A stretch of DNA of 64,000 bases, taken from a virus. Its lineage: Duplodnaviria; Caudoviricetes. This document shows positions 1 to 9,582 of this stretch, in pieces; position 1 is the stretch's first letter; each line of letters opens with the position of its first letter. The DNA is taken from positions 32,001 through 96,000 of the IMG/VR virus record IMGVR_UViG_3300001594_000003. The stretch is one strand, 5' to 3'. The notes beneath the pieces are model-generated. The model worked only from the letters and a program-made list of their open reading frames with translations. It was not told where the DNA came from and did not search any database. The position numbers were made by a program, and so were the translations under genes.

Positions 1-953
1 TGCCACTCTATGCCTCGGCGTTTTTTGTGCCTACGAGTGCGGGGATTCCATATATCTTGGAGGATATCTATCTGCGTGGCGGTTATCGTTCGGTAGCTAC
101 TATAGCGGATATGTATGCCATTAAACCCGCCTCCCGTAAGGCCGGTATGATGTGCTACGTTCGAGAAGACTCGACGTTGTACGAAATCAAAGGTCCGGCA
201 ACATCTGGTGATGCTGCGTGGACAAAAGCTGATCTGACTCGCTACGTCAACTATGAATGGCAGCAACCGCTTGCCATGGAAAAGGACGAAACGACCGGAG
301 CCTTCAAAGTCTCTATCGATGAAAAGCGCATCGTGCCTGTAATCGATGAAGCCTCTGCTGGTTGGATTCTTACTGCTGACCCTGAACTCGGACCTGTTTG
401 GGTTAAGCTGGATGCCCTGCCTGTGCGTGACGCTGCGAGCGTAGGGGATGCCCTAATACTCGACGCTCAGAAGAACCCAATCTGGGGTCAGATCAAAGCA
501 CTTCCCTCTACGGAAGGCGTTGAAACTGGCAGCTCGCTCGTTCTTGGTGCTGAAGGTCCTGTCTGGGGTTCGCCTCAGCAAGTCGGACGTATCACCATCA
601 ACGAAGCGATGGACGTCATTATCGTTGCAGGTACTGCGCAGAAGGCAGTCGCTATTCAGTGCAATACCGCGATGGTTCTGCGTCTTGCCGTTTCTCATCC
701 AGACCTGTACGTGGAGATTCATTCGACCAACGCGTACAACGACAGTAACCCGTACAGCTTCCTGTCTTCCTCTGTCAAGCTGGAAGATGATGGTGTAACT
801 ACACTGGAAGATGCTTCCGAGATGCGTGCGCGCCGTTACGGTTTCTTCTCTAACCCGAACGACGGTGACAAGAAGATGTACGTTCGAGTCGAGAACCGTG
901 GTCAGGAATCTGCGAACGTCACGCTGTCTATGATTCTGCTGCCTCTGGAGTAA
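1..953 (+). CDS. putative virion structural protein (5' end at window edge)
   Basis: Frame is open back to the window edge ('tg cca ctc tat' suggests the ATG begins 1 nt before the window). Three short repeats G..L....GP(V/I)W..L.ALP. Confidence 0.6.
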   Translation, partial: PLYASAFFVPTSAGIPYILEDIYLRGGYRSVATIADMYAIKPASRKAGMMCYVREDSTLYEIKGPATSGDAAWTKADLTRYVNYEWQQPLAMEKDETTGAFKVSIDEKRIVPVIDEASAGWILTADPELGPVWVKLDALPVRDAASVGDALILDAQKNPIWGQIKALPSTEGVETGSSLVLGAEGPVWGSPQQVGRITINEAMDVIIVAGTAQKAVAIQCNTAMVLRLAVSHPDLYVEIHSTNAYNDSNPYSFLSSSVKLEDDGVTTLEDASEMRARRYGFFSNPNDGDKKMYVRVENRGQESANVTLSMILLPLE

Positions 954-958
954 CAAGT

Positions 959-2176
959 ATGTGGATCGCCGAAGCCAAGGTAGACCCGAAGTTGTTTAGC
1001 TGGTTTACCTTCAACGGACCTAAGGCGATCAAGCTTGGACGTGACCAAGAGTTCAACCAAAAGCATCCACTTCAGGTGCGCCCGGGTGAACTCGTTGGTT
1101 TGAAGAAAGCAACACGCGGACCCGGGGCGGGCAACTATCAAGTTCTCCTCGGGCACGCTGTTCACGTTGTTTTCCGCAATGTACCGCAGAAGATGATCGA
1201 TAAGCTGGTCGATCATCTAAAGCCACACAAGGGTACACCGCCTGAGCATGGTCAGCTTCAAGAAGGTCAAAAGCGGAATCGCAAGGTTCAGATTCGAGAC
1301 AAGATCGAAAGCGACAAACAGCGGGATGATTTCTACCGTCCGACTGGTGCAGTACGGGAGCATTCTACCTACGACAGACTCAACTACCAGTGGCGCAAAG
1401 TCGTTCACGCCGGTACGCCCATTAAGAGTTTGAAGCAGGGTCGCTCCAAGTATTCACTGCAACAGGACGATATCGTCGGTGTTCGGTATATGACCAAAGC
1501 CCGAGGAGGCTTCATCATTCTGCCTAACGGTCAGCGCGTCAACATATCGCATGACACCTACGAATCCGTTGTTGGTAGCACCCGTATTCTGCCGAGCAGC
1601 AAGCAGCAGAAGGGTATTGTGATCATAGCGGATGTGAAGGCTGCACTGCCGAAGCAAACCCGCATTCGTAAGCCAAAAGAGGAAGAACCTGACGTCCGTC
1701 GCGTTCCTCGGGACGCTCACGAAAATCGCACCGGCACTCGCATTAAGCGAGACATTCAACGCGGCGGCCTCGTGTACAAGCATGAGGACATTCCTGACGT
1801 TGAAATGGAAGACGATGAAGATGAAGACCTTGACGATATAGCCGAGCAAGAAGAAAGCCCGACCGTACCGCTTAGTCATCAGCCTGTATCGGTCCTGAAA
1901 GTCGGTACGAAGATCAAATCCGCTAAGCGCAGTGAAAACGAGTTCATCGTGGTTGATGTTCGTCAGGATACGGGCTATACCGAGTTTTCCCTGTACAGTC
2001 CGTTAAAGAAAGACGTGCGTAAGCTGCGTATTGGTACTGATGTGGACATGAGCACTTATCGGTCTGTGATCCCTGCTGGTGAAGCTGACAAGTCCGAAGT
2101 TGCTGCAGGCAAACGAGCCTTCAACAAAGCTGTAAAGGATAAGAAGTTCACCATAGGTTCCATTCACGATCAGTGA
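959..2176 (+). CDS. hypothetical protein, basic with acidic tract; candidate head protein
   Basis: 405-aa ORF tightly packed in operon; N-terminus MWIAEA. Confidence 0.6.
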   Translation: MWIAEAKVDPKLFSWFTFNGPKAIKLGRDQEFNQKHPLQVRPGELVGLKKATRGPGAGNYQVLLGHAVHVVFRNVPQKMIDKLVDHLKPHKGTPPEHGQLQEGQKRNRKVQIRDKIESDKQRDDFYRPTGAVREHSTYDRLNYQWRKVVHAGTPIKSLKQGRSKYSLQQDDIVGVRYMTKARGGFIILPNGQRVNISHDTYESVVGSTRILPSSKQQKGIVIIADVKAALPKQTRIRKPKEEEPDVRRVPRDAHENRTGTRIKRDIQRGGLVYKHEDIPDVEMEDDEDEDLDDIAEQEESPTVPLSHQPVSVLKVGTKIKSAKRSENEFIVVDVRQDTGYTEFSLYSPLKKDVRKLRIGTDVDMSTYRSVIPAGEADKSEVAAGKRAFNKAVKDKKFTIGSIHDQ

Positions 2177-2182
2177 GTTCCC

Positions 2183-4108
2183 ATGAATATCAAGGCTATC
2201 AAAAGGAATCCACGGGCCGCAGCCGAGGCGATGACCCTCGGCGAGCTCCGTAAAACGCTCCAACATTTCGACTATGAATATCACGACCAGAATGCTTCGT
2301 CTATCGCTGATGAGGTGTACGATATCCTTCGTGATGTTCACGATGAGCGCAGTAAAAAGCCGTATGCTCGTGTGGGTTCTAAATCCACACATGCTGCACG
2401 TCGTAAGAAACTGCTGGTGCCCATGGGTAGCCTCTCCAAACTAAAGCCCGGCTCGTCTGGGCTTTCTGCGTTTCTGGAGAAAGGCCCCTTTGTTGTTTCA
2501 GACAAGGAAGATGGCATTAGCCTGCAACTTGTCTACCGTAATCACGATCTGGTTCAAGCTCTACAGCGTGGCGACGGTAAGATCGGTACTGATTCGTCCG
2601 GCGTCATTCCAGCATTGAATGTACCGAAGCGTATCAAAGAGAAGGACTTGATCGTCCGCGTCGAGTTCACCATGGGTAAGGCAACGTTCAGCAAACACTT
2701 CGATAAAGCCAGTGGCGGCGAGTTTGAAAACGCACGCAACGGTGCTGGTGGTCTGCTGAATCGTAACCAACCAAATCCTATCATATCCAAGATTAAGTGT
2801 ATTGCGCACGAAATCATGGAAGGTAAGAATGCACGCGTGGCTCCGTCTAAGCAGTTCGCATTCTTGAAAACTCTAGGCTTCGATGTGGTGCCGCACAAGG
2901 TATATCCGAAGCTGACTGAGAAGATACTGACCAACTTGCTGTCGTTGCGCAAGTCGCGCAGTCGCCGTGAGATTGACGGTATCGTTGTGGCACAAGATCG
3001 CACGTACACCGTGTCAGGCAAATACCCGACGCATGCCGTAGCGTTCAAGATCAATGATCTGGAATCCAGTGTGCTTGTAACCGTCAAAGACGTTGAGTGG
3101 AATGAATCGCGGTATGGTCGATTGGCACCTCGCGTTATCATCGAACCGACACGCATTGGCGGTGTAACTGTCACACACTTCACAGGACACAACGGGTTCT
3201 ACATAGAGCACGGTTACACGTCCAAGGTGAAATCACCTCCGTATTCTCCACGACCCATCAACAAAGGGGCCGTTATTCGAGCAGTGCGATCTGGTGACGT
3301 TATTCCGTACATAGTTGAAGTCGTGAAAGCAGCCAAGAAACCTTCTCAACCCTCAATTGAGTTTGAGTCGGATGGCGTTCACTACTACGCCTCTACCGGC
3401 GGCGATGACCGCAAGGCGAAGCTCCTGCTCAACTTCTTCAATGCCCTTGAAGTGGATGGCGTTAAGCGCGGCACTATTGACGTGCTGATCAAGAATGGAT
3501 TCGACACCATCAAGAAGATCATCACCGCCAAAGCCGCTGACTTTGAACAGATACCTCGCTTCGGTCACACCAAGGCAGTTACGATAGAGCGCAATATCCG
3601 CGATGCTTTGGCTAAGCGTGCAACGCTGCCCAAATTGGCTGCAGGCAGTGCGCTGTTCGGCGATAAGTTTGGCGAGTCTCGACTACGCGATCTGTTTGAT
3701 TCAGTACCAAACATCGTATACTCTGACCTGAGTAAGCGTGAATTGGTTGATGCCATTCAACAGGTACGTGGCTTCAAAGCTCTGGCTGTTCCTGCTGCTG
3801 AGGCTATACCTAAGTTCCGTCTTTTCTTGAAGAAGCTCGGTGTCAAGGTAGTTGCAGAACAGAAGGTTGCCATAGTTGCCGGTGGTAAGATGGAGGGTAA
3901 ATCCGTCCTGTTTACCTCAGTACGCGACAAGCAACTGCAAGAGTGGATCATAGCGCAAGGCGGTAAGATGGCATCCACCGTCAAATCAGCTAATTTACTC
4001 ATTGTTAAAGACCAATTCGCATCCAACAACAAAACAGAGTATGCGCAACAGAATGGCATTCCGGTAATGACGTTGGATCAGTTCCGAACCAAATACAAGG
4101 TGTCCTGA
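2183..4108 (+). CDS. ligA: NAD-dependent DNA ligase
   Basis: Adenylation motif SDKEDG (KxDG), RGDG, EIDGIV, AVAFK, OB-fold RSGDVIP, HhH region, C-terminal BRCT-like domain. Confidence 0.95.
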   Translation: MNIKAIKRNPRAAAEAMTLGELRKTLQHFDYEYHDQNASSIADEVYDILRDVHDERSKKPYARVGSKSTHAARRKKLLVPMGSLSKLKPGSSGLSAFLEKGPFVVSDKEDGISLQLVYRNHDLVQALQRGDGKIGTDSSGVIPALNVPKRIKEKDLIVRVEFTMGKATFSKHFDKASGGEFENARNGAGGLLNRNQPNPIISKIKCIAHEIMEGKNARVAPSKQFAFLKTLGFDVVPHKVYPKLTEKILTNLLSLRKSRSRREIDGIVVAQDRTYTVSGKYPTHAVAFKINDLESSVLVTVKDVEWNESRYGRLAPRVIIEPTRIGGVTVTHFTGHNGFYIEHGYTSKVKSPPYSPRPINKGAVIRAVRSGDVIPYIVEVVKAAKKPSQPSIEFESDGVHYYASTGGDDRKAKLLLNFFNALEVDGVKRGTIDVLIKNGFDTIKKIITAKAADFEQIPRFGHTKAVTIERNIRDALAKRATLPKLAAGSALFGDKFGESRLRDLFDSVPNIVYSDLSKRELVDAIQQVRGFKALAVPAAEAIPKFRLFLKKLGVKVVAEQKVAIVAGGKMEGKSVLFTSVRDKQLQEWIIAQGGKMASTVKSANLLIVKDQFASNNKTEYAQQNGIPVMTLDQFRTKYKVS

Positions 4109-4809
4109 TGACTCAGATCAGAATACAGTCTGATGGCTCGGTCGAATCGCTCTCAGCACGCGCACGAAACAGGCAACCCAATAGTCGACCTGCACGTCCC
4201 GACGATGTTAAAGTTGTTCGGGAAGATGCTCCGATTCCGACTACTGTACGTCCGCGTAATGAGCCGAAGACCCGTGTCATTCCCGAGCCTGAACCGAAGA
4301 AGCGTATGCGTAAGAGCGGCATTGCAGAAGAAGCATTCCGCAATCTCCTCGATAAAGAACGAGGCCGCTTCGCACGTAAGTCCTTTGCTGTGCCAAAGCC
4401 AATGCCCCAAGAACTCAAAGACCATGCCCTGTTTAACGAGGCTGTTGGTATCTTGCGTGAAATGGGCGTTGATCCTTACTCGGATAGTGGCCAAGGGCAG
4501 TTGGAGCAGAAGTTGGCCGAACTGTCCAACATTCAGAGTGACGACAATTCCGATGATCAGGAAGTCTCAACTGAATTGAGTCGTATGCGTGCCAATCTGA
4601 AATCGCGCATACTGGAACTCCGAGAGCTCCTCAAAGAACGAGCAGCCTTGAAGGCAGTAGAGCAGCGCGAATCTCGGGACGAACACCAGAACCGCAGATA
4701 CGAAAGCCTTACCGATCGCCTCAAATCAACAATCAAATACGTTCGCCGCCTTCGTCTCGACGTAGACAAGGCACGCAAGCGTATCGAACGATCCCGCCCT
4801 AAGGTTTAA
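4108..4809 (+). CDS. hypothetical coiled-coil protein
   Basis: TGATG coupling to ligA; N-terminus IxIxxDGSxESLSA shared with next gene. Confidence 0.7.
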   Translation: MTQIRIQSDGSVESLSARARNRQPNSRPARPDDVKVVREDAPIPTTVRPRNEPKTRVIPEPEPKKRMRKSGIAEEAFRNLLDKERGRFARKSFAVPKPMPQELKDHALFNEAVGILREMGVDPYSDSGQGQLEQKLAELSNIQSDDNSDDQEVSTELSRMRANLKSRILELRELLKERAALKAVEQRESRDEHQNRRYESLTDRLKSTIKYVRRLRLDVDKARKRIERSRPKV

Positions 4810-4811
4810 TC

Positions 4812-5813
4812 ATGGCCAAAATCACAATTCACAAAGACGGCAGTTTTGAATCTCTTGCAGCCGTTGATTATAAGCAAAAGATTGCTCAGGCTAAAGTTGA
4901 AATCAAAACGAACAAAGAGCTTCTTCGTGGTGAAAGACGGGCTCTTGCCACCCTTAAGCGTATTGCCATAATGAAGGCTTCCGCTGACGCAAACAGCGGA
5001 GAGAAGAAAGAGAAGTTTCTTTCCAGTATTAAGCATCTGCGTATGCAGAAGGGCATCTCTCCTAGAAGTACACTCAGTTCAGTCAAAGCACGTATTTTAC
5101 GATTGGAAAAATCCATCATTCGAGAGCAGAATAACATCGAGAAGTGGAAGGAAAAGCTCGGTATTGCCAAAGCTAAGCCTGTAGCCAAAAGTGTTCCTGA
5201 GAAGAAACCTGCGGCCAAGGTCGAGAAGTCCAGCCCCAAGCCACAGCCGAAAATCCGCATCGTACCGGCTTCCGACAAGAAGACCGGCAACACTCTGGCT
5301 AAGATGCAAGCGTCTTATGCCGAAATCACCGAGCAGTTGAAGCACGATATGCCTCCGTCGAAGAAATCGCGTCTTCGTTCTGAGCGTGCGCGTCTGCGCG
5401 TTATGATTGCCGAGTTGAAGCGCGGTCAGAGAGCTGCGAACAAGAAAGCTACCGAGAACAAGGCTAAGCCCAGCGGTAATATGGGATCATCTAAGTCCAA
5501 AGTAGTTCCTAAGTCTGGTATGGGTAGCGCTGCATCAAAAGCTACTGCTGACACAAAGTCGATACGGAAGGCTGTAGGCAGTGTCCTGTCGTTGGGTACC
5601 TTGACTGCAAAGGAAATGAAGAACATCCATTGGTCAAGGTCAGCCAAGGGTATCAAGCTCGAAAGCTCTCAGTACAACATCGTTGGTGCCATTAGCGAGA
5701 AAACAGCTAATAACCACAAAACATCGTTGGATGAGATTGAGGAATATCTCAAAGAGCACGGAAAGCCGCTCAAACCAAAGCGTGTGAAGCCATTCCGTTC
5801 CTTGTACGATTGA
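4812..5813 (+). CDS. very basic Lys-rich hypothetical protein
   Basis: 333-aa ORF; N-terminus IxIxxDGSxESLAA. Confidence 0.7.
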   Translation: MAKITIHKDGSFESLAAVDYKQKIAQAKVEIKTNKELLRGERRALATLKRIAIMKASADANSGEKKEKFLSSIKHLRMQKGISPRSTLSSVKARILRLEKSIIREQNNIEKWKEKLGIAKAKPVAKSVPEKKPAAKVEKSSPKPQPKIRIVPASDKKTGNTLAKMQASYAEITEQLKHDMPPSKKSRLRSERARLRVMIAELKRGQRAANKKATENKAKPSGNMGSSKSKVVPKSGMGSAASKATADTKSIRKAVGSVLSLGTLTAKEMKNIHWSRSAKGIKLESSQYNIVGAISEKTANNHKTSLDEIEEYLKEHGKPLKPKRVKPFRSLYD

Positions 5814-5823
5814 GGACGTAACA

Positions 5824-6021
5824 ATGCCATACAGTGGACCCGAAGACCTCCATCAGAACCTTCAAGAAATACTCCCGAAACATGCCCAAGAAATCTACGT
5901 GGCAGCGTTCAATAACGCACTAAAGGAATATGGAACTGAGGATGCTGCACGCAAGGTTGCCTGGTCTGCTGTTAAGCATAAGTACAAAAAGGGCTCCGGT
6001 CGCAAATGGGTACTAAAATGA
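5824..6021 (+). CDS. chaB: ChaB family protein
   Basis: MPY...LP.HAQEIY..AFN.A..EY..E..A..VAW.AVK..Y.K signature; GAGGA SD. Confidence 0.9.
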   Translation: MPYSGPEDLHQNLQEILPKHAQEIYVAAFNNALKEYGTEDAARKVAWSAVKHKYKKGSGRKWVLK

Positions 6022-6512
6022 GACTGCCAACCAATACGCGAGGCCAACGCAAACTGCACGCTTTCATCCATATAGTGTGTAAGTCAATTGCAGGTCATCC
6101 CGATGGTTATTTAGGTACAGGGAAGAACGTAACCACATCGCATTGCCACACGCGATCTGCCCAGTTCATCCAGTCTCGTGGTGCACAACACATGAACGAC
6201 TACATGGTTCTTGTCGGTAACCCCGGCATGTACGAAATCATGCACTCGTTGATTGCATCACACAATGAGACGGCTATACTCTCGGACACAGGAGGCGGCA
6301 GCTTCATCGATGGTGTGTACCGAGCTGCGTTTGCACAGAACGCCACAACAACTCTGGATTACGAAATCTACTGCGCGTACCGCATTCGTGATCTGATCGA
6401 ATTGAGCAAGCACTTGGACGAGTTTGACGCGCATTACCCTGCGCTACAACCACTAGAGTTTCACGGTAAGGACATACCGAAACTCGGACTTGCTCGCGTC
6501 AACCTGAAGTAA
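6018..6512 (+). CDS. hypothetical protein
   Basis: ATGA overlap with chaB stop favours start 6018. Confidence 0.6.
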   Translation: MRLPTNTRGQRKLHAFIHIVCKSIAGHPDGYLGTGKNVTTSHCHTRSAQFIQSRGAQHMNDYMVLVGNPGMYEIMHSLIASHNETAILSDTGGGSFIDGVYRAAFAQNATTTLDYEIYCAYRIRDLIELSKHLDEFDAHYPALQPLEFHGKDIPKLGLARVNLK

Positions 6513-6540
6513 TCATGGAAGTCTAACCAAGGACCATAGA

Positions 6541-7671
6541 ATGAAACTTGCTGTATACGCCATCGCAAAGAACGAAATCAAGCACGTTGACCGTTGGTAT
6601 GAGTGCGTTAAAGACGCAGACGAAGTGGTTGTTCTCGACACTGGGTCCACTGACGGTACTGCCGAGCGTCTTGCTGAACTTGGCGCTCGTGTAATTTCAA
6701 CCGAGTTAGTGCCGTTTCGCTTCGACACTGCACGGAACACCGCCTTGAACCTAGTGAGTCCTGAGATGGACTACTGCATGTTTATGGACCTCGATGAGAC
6801 CATGCCTGAAGGTTCTATTGGTAAGATCAGAGAACTGATCGATGCCTCGAACCAGATGATGTACGGCGTGCGCCTGGTGTTCACATTCGATGCAAACCGT
6901 CAGCCGCTAGTGTCGTATACGCGAGAAGCCATTCACACTCGAAAGGACTTCTACTGGAAGTATCCTGTCCATGAGTTGTTGATGTGCCACGAACCCGACT
7001 ACTCGTTCTCTGAGCTTCCGATCGATGTTTTCCATGAACCAGATAACGACAAGTCGCGTGGTTCGTACTTGGACTTGCTGGAAACCGCAGTTCAGGAGAA
7101 TCCAACGGATGCCCGCTGCGTTCAGTATCTCGGTCGCGAGTATATGTACCAAGGCCGCTACTTCGATGCCATCATGTGGTTGAAGCGTCACTTGGAGGTT
7201 GAAGTTCACGGGCCGTTCCGTAGTGAGTCCGCACGGTATATCAGCCAGTGTTATTACTCTATGGGCGACTCGCTTGAGAACTCCACAGACGAAGCCGAAG
7301 CATGGTTATATCGGGCATGTGCTGAGCAGAACGACGCACGCGAACCCTTCTGTGACCTTGCATATCTGTACTTCATCTGTGGTGAATATGAGTGTGCGAT
7401 CGGTGCTATCCGTTCTGCGTTGCGTGTGGAGTCTCCGCCGAACGTACCGATGATTCGCCGTGACGAACTCTATCAGCACTGGCCGTACCACATGCTTGCA
7501 GCTTGCTACGAGAATCTCGGAAACAAACGACAAGCACAACAAAACATTCAACTGGCGATGATGAACGCTAAGAGCATCGATGGTACTCTGGCGCAAGACA
7601 TTGCAAAGATATTGGGGCTGCAAGATGTTAGTAAGTCTATCGCTAGCCAGGAAGTTCCCTCGCCTCTCTAA
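6541..7671 (+). CDS. GT2 glycosyltransferase with C-terminal TPR repeats
   Basis: IAKNE, VVLDTGSTDGT, FDTARN, DLDE (DxD), VHE motif, followed by TPR-like helices. Confidence 0.9.
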   Translation: MKLAVYAIAKNEIKHVDRWYECVKDADEVVVLDTGSTDGTAERLAELGARVISTELVPFRFDTARNTALNLVSPEMDYCMFMDLDETMPEGSIGKIRELIDASNQMMYGVRLVFTFDANRQPLVSYTREAIHTRKDFYWKYPVHELLMCHEPDYSFSELPIDVFHEPDNDKSRGSYLDLLETAVQENPTDARCVQYLGREYMYQGRYFDAIMWLKRHLEVEVHGPFRSESARYISQCYYSMGDSLENSTDEAEAWLYRACAEQNDAREPFCDLAYLYFICGEYECAIGAIRSALRVESPPNVPMIRRDELYQHWPYHMLAACYENLGNKRQAQQNIQLAMMNAKSIDGTLAQDIAKILGLQDVSKSIASQEVPSPL

Positions 7672-9235
7672 GGAAAAGTTCCTCAAGCTTTCCTCTAAAG
7701 AGCAGACTGCCTACTTGGACGAATACAAGAAAAGCAGTCACCGCTTCCTGTTGAAGGGTAACAAGGAGACACCCGAAGCGGCTCCTGAGAAAAAGAAAAA
7801 GGGTAAGAAGAAAGGCAAGAAGAAGGATAAGATACGACGCTTGACTCGTAACGAATACGATGCCCTTAGTGATAAGGATCGCGAGCGTTACGATGCCAAG
7901 TACGCGAAGAACTCGCACAAGATGCGATTCAAGAAGGGCGGTAAGAAGGGTAAAAAGGACGTCACGATTGACGGACGAGAATCCAAGAAAGAAGCCCAAG
8001 AGCGCCGCAAGGAGCTAATGTCCAAAGTAGATACCCAGCGCAACGTCATTCACGACGACGGTGCTGGCGTTATCAACCGCGAGAGCGTTAAGGCCCTAGC
8101 TTTGATCAAGCCTGAGCACCTGCATCAGGGTGCTGCCAACATTGAGAACAACCGCCACGAAATTCGTGATCTGGTTGAACATCAGTTGCGCGATAAGCCT
8201 GAGCTTTCTCAACGCGGTTTTGCTGCTGTGCGCGATATGATGCACGGCGGCCTTCTAGAGGACAAGTCGCAGGAAGACGATGAGGATATCATCGAGGGTG
8301 AATTTGAGGAAATCCCGAATGCACCTGCCGTTGTCGATAACGAAGACGACGATATCCTAGAGGGTGAGTTTGAGGAAATAGAGGAAGCTCCAGAAAAGCC
8401 CTCGTTCTCCAAAGAGCGCCTCAAAGAGTTTGAGAAGGATGGTGGCAAGTTTAAGCCTCGCCGAGGTGATGACAAGCCATACATAAACGAGAACGGCGAG
8501 AAAGAGTATTACGACGACGGCGATCCTGTAACTGTCGGCGATATGCGTGAAATCGAATACGACGAGATACGCAAATCACGGGCCGGTGATCGTAAGAAGT
8601 CCAAGAGCAAGAAGAAGCGTGACCGTGCACACAAGGACTCCAAGAAGCAACGCGACGGCCATTCGTTGTTGAACCTGGTGGTCAAGACAGCTATCATTGG
8701 TGCCGGCATCGGTATGCTTGCCATGGGTGCGGGTCCCCTTGGTATGATCATCGGTCGAGGTATTCTCGAACTTTGGTCTGATATGCCTAGCTTGAGTGCA
8801 GCTAACGGTCTGACCGACGAAGACAGCGACACCGTAGACGAAATCATCACGCAGACCATTAGCTACATGCGCAACATGGACGTGGACGATCTTAAAGGTC
8901 AGTCCACCGAAATGTTTACTGCGTTGTCTGCTGCTCGTCCTGACGTTGACGTGTTCAACATCGTCTACTCCGCAGTGTTACCTCTTGTTCAAGGTAGACC
9001 ATCTGGTCGCCCTGGAAAAAACTTCTTCGGCAAGACTTTTTCCGACATGGAAACACTGGCCGACGCTACTGAACAAGCGCTACAGAAAGCCGGCGTGCTG
9101 ATCGAACATGAAAGGTATTCGGACGATATCGACAAGAGCCATCACTTCTATTGTCGTGACCGTAAGAAGACCATCGTTGCTCTCGGAATGTTCGAGCAGC
9201 ACCAACTCTATCACTTTGCCTTCGTAACAAGGTGA
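7625..9235 (+). CDS. hypothetical protein with basic N-terminus, acidic repeats and hydrophobic hairpin
   Basis: Start moved to MLVSLS (7625); DIIEGEFEEI/DILEGEFEEI repeat; Gly-rich hydrophobic segment. Confidence 0.65.
   Translation: MLVSLSLARKFPRLSKEKFLKLSSKEQTAYLDEYKKSSHRFLLKGNKETPEAAPEKKKKGKKKGKKKDKIRRLTRNEYDALSDKDRERYDAKYAKNSHKMRFKKGGKKGKKDVTIDGRESKKEAQERRKELMSKVDTQRNVIHDDGAGVINRESVKALALIKPEHLHQGAANIENNRHEIRDLVEHQLRDKPELSQRGFAAVRDMMHGGLLEDKSQEDDEDIIEGEFEEIPNAPAVVDNEDDDILEGEFEEIEEAPEKPSFSKERLKEFEKDGGKFKPRRGDDKPYINENGEKEYYDDGDPVTVGDMREIEYDEIRKSRAGDRKKSKSKKKRDRAHKDSKKQRDGHSLLNLVVKTAIIGAGIGMLAMGAGPLGMIIGRGILELWSDMPSLSAANGLTDEDSDTVDEIITQTISYMRNMDVDDLKGQSTEMFTALSAARPDVDVFNIVYSAVLPLVQGRPSGRPGKNFFGKTFSDMETLADATEQALQKAGVLIEHERYSDDIDKSHHFYCRDRKKTIVALGMFEQHQLYHFAFVTR
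8285..8379 (+). repeat. two-copy intragenic direct repeat encoding DI(I/L)EGEFEEI
   Basis: gatatcatcgagggtgaatttgaggaaat vs gatatcctagagggtgagtttgaggaaat. Confidence 0.85.
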
Positions 9236-9582
9236 CTCGAATGGAACGTATCAGCTACAAAACATTGAAAGATGAGGCGAAGCTGCCCATAGCTCAACGT
9301 AAGAACTGGGACGTTCTGTTGGGCAGTCGCCGTATAGCAACCATCAGTGCGCAGGATGACATATCGAGTGATCGTAGTCATTCCCTGCGTATCTGGAAAG
9401 CCAAGCTGTACCCGAATGCGTTCGATCCGTTCGACTTCCCGCATCACGATGACGAGGAAGAAAAGACACGGCCGCACGTTGTACTGAGCAATGGCCAACC
9501 GACTCTGGTAAACCCGCAACCCATGACAATGCGCGAAGCTCGTTCATGGATCAAACAAGTAGTCCATAGAGGTTCAGAATGA
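9232..9582 (+). CDS. hypothetical protein
   Basis: Coupled at both ends (GTGA/ATGA overlaps). Confidence 0.6.
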   Translation: MTRMERISYKTLKDEAKLPIAQRKNWDVLLGSRRIATISAQDDISSDRSHSLRIWKAKLYPNAFDPFDFPHHDDEEEKTRPHVVLSNGQPTLVNPQPMTMREARSWIKQVVHRGSE

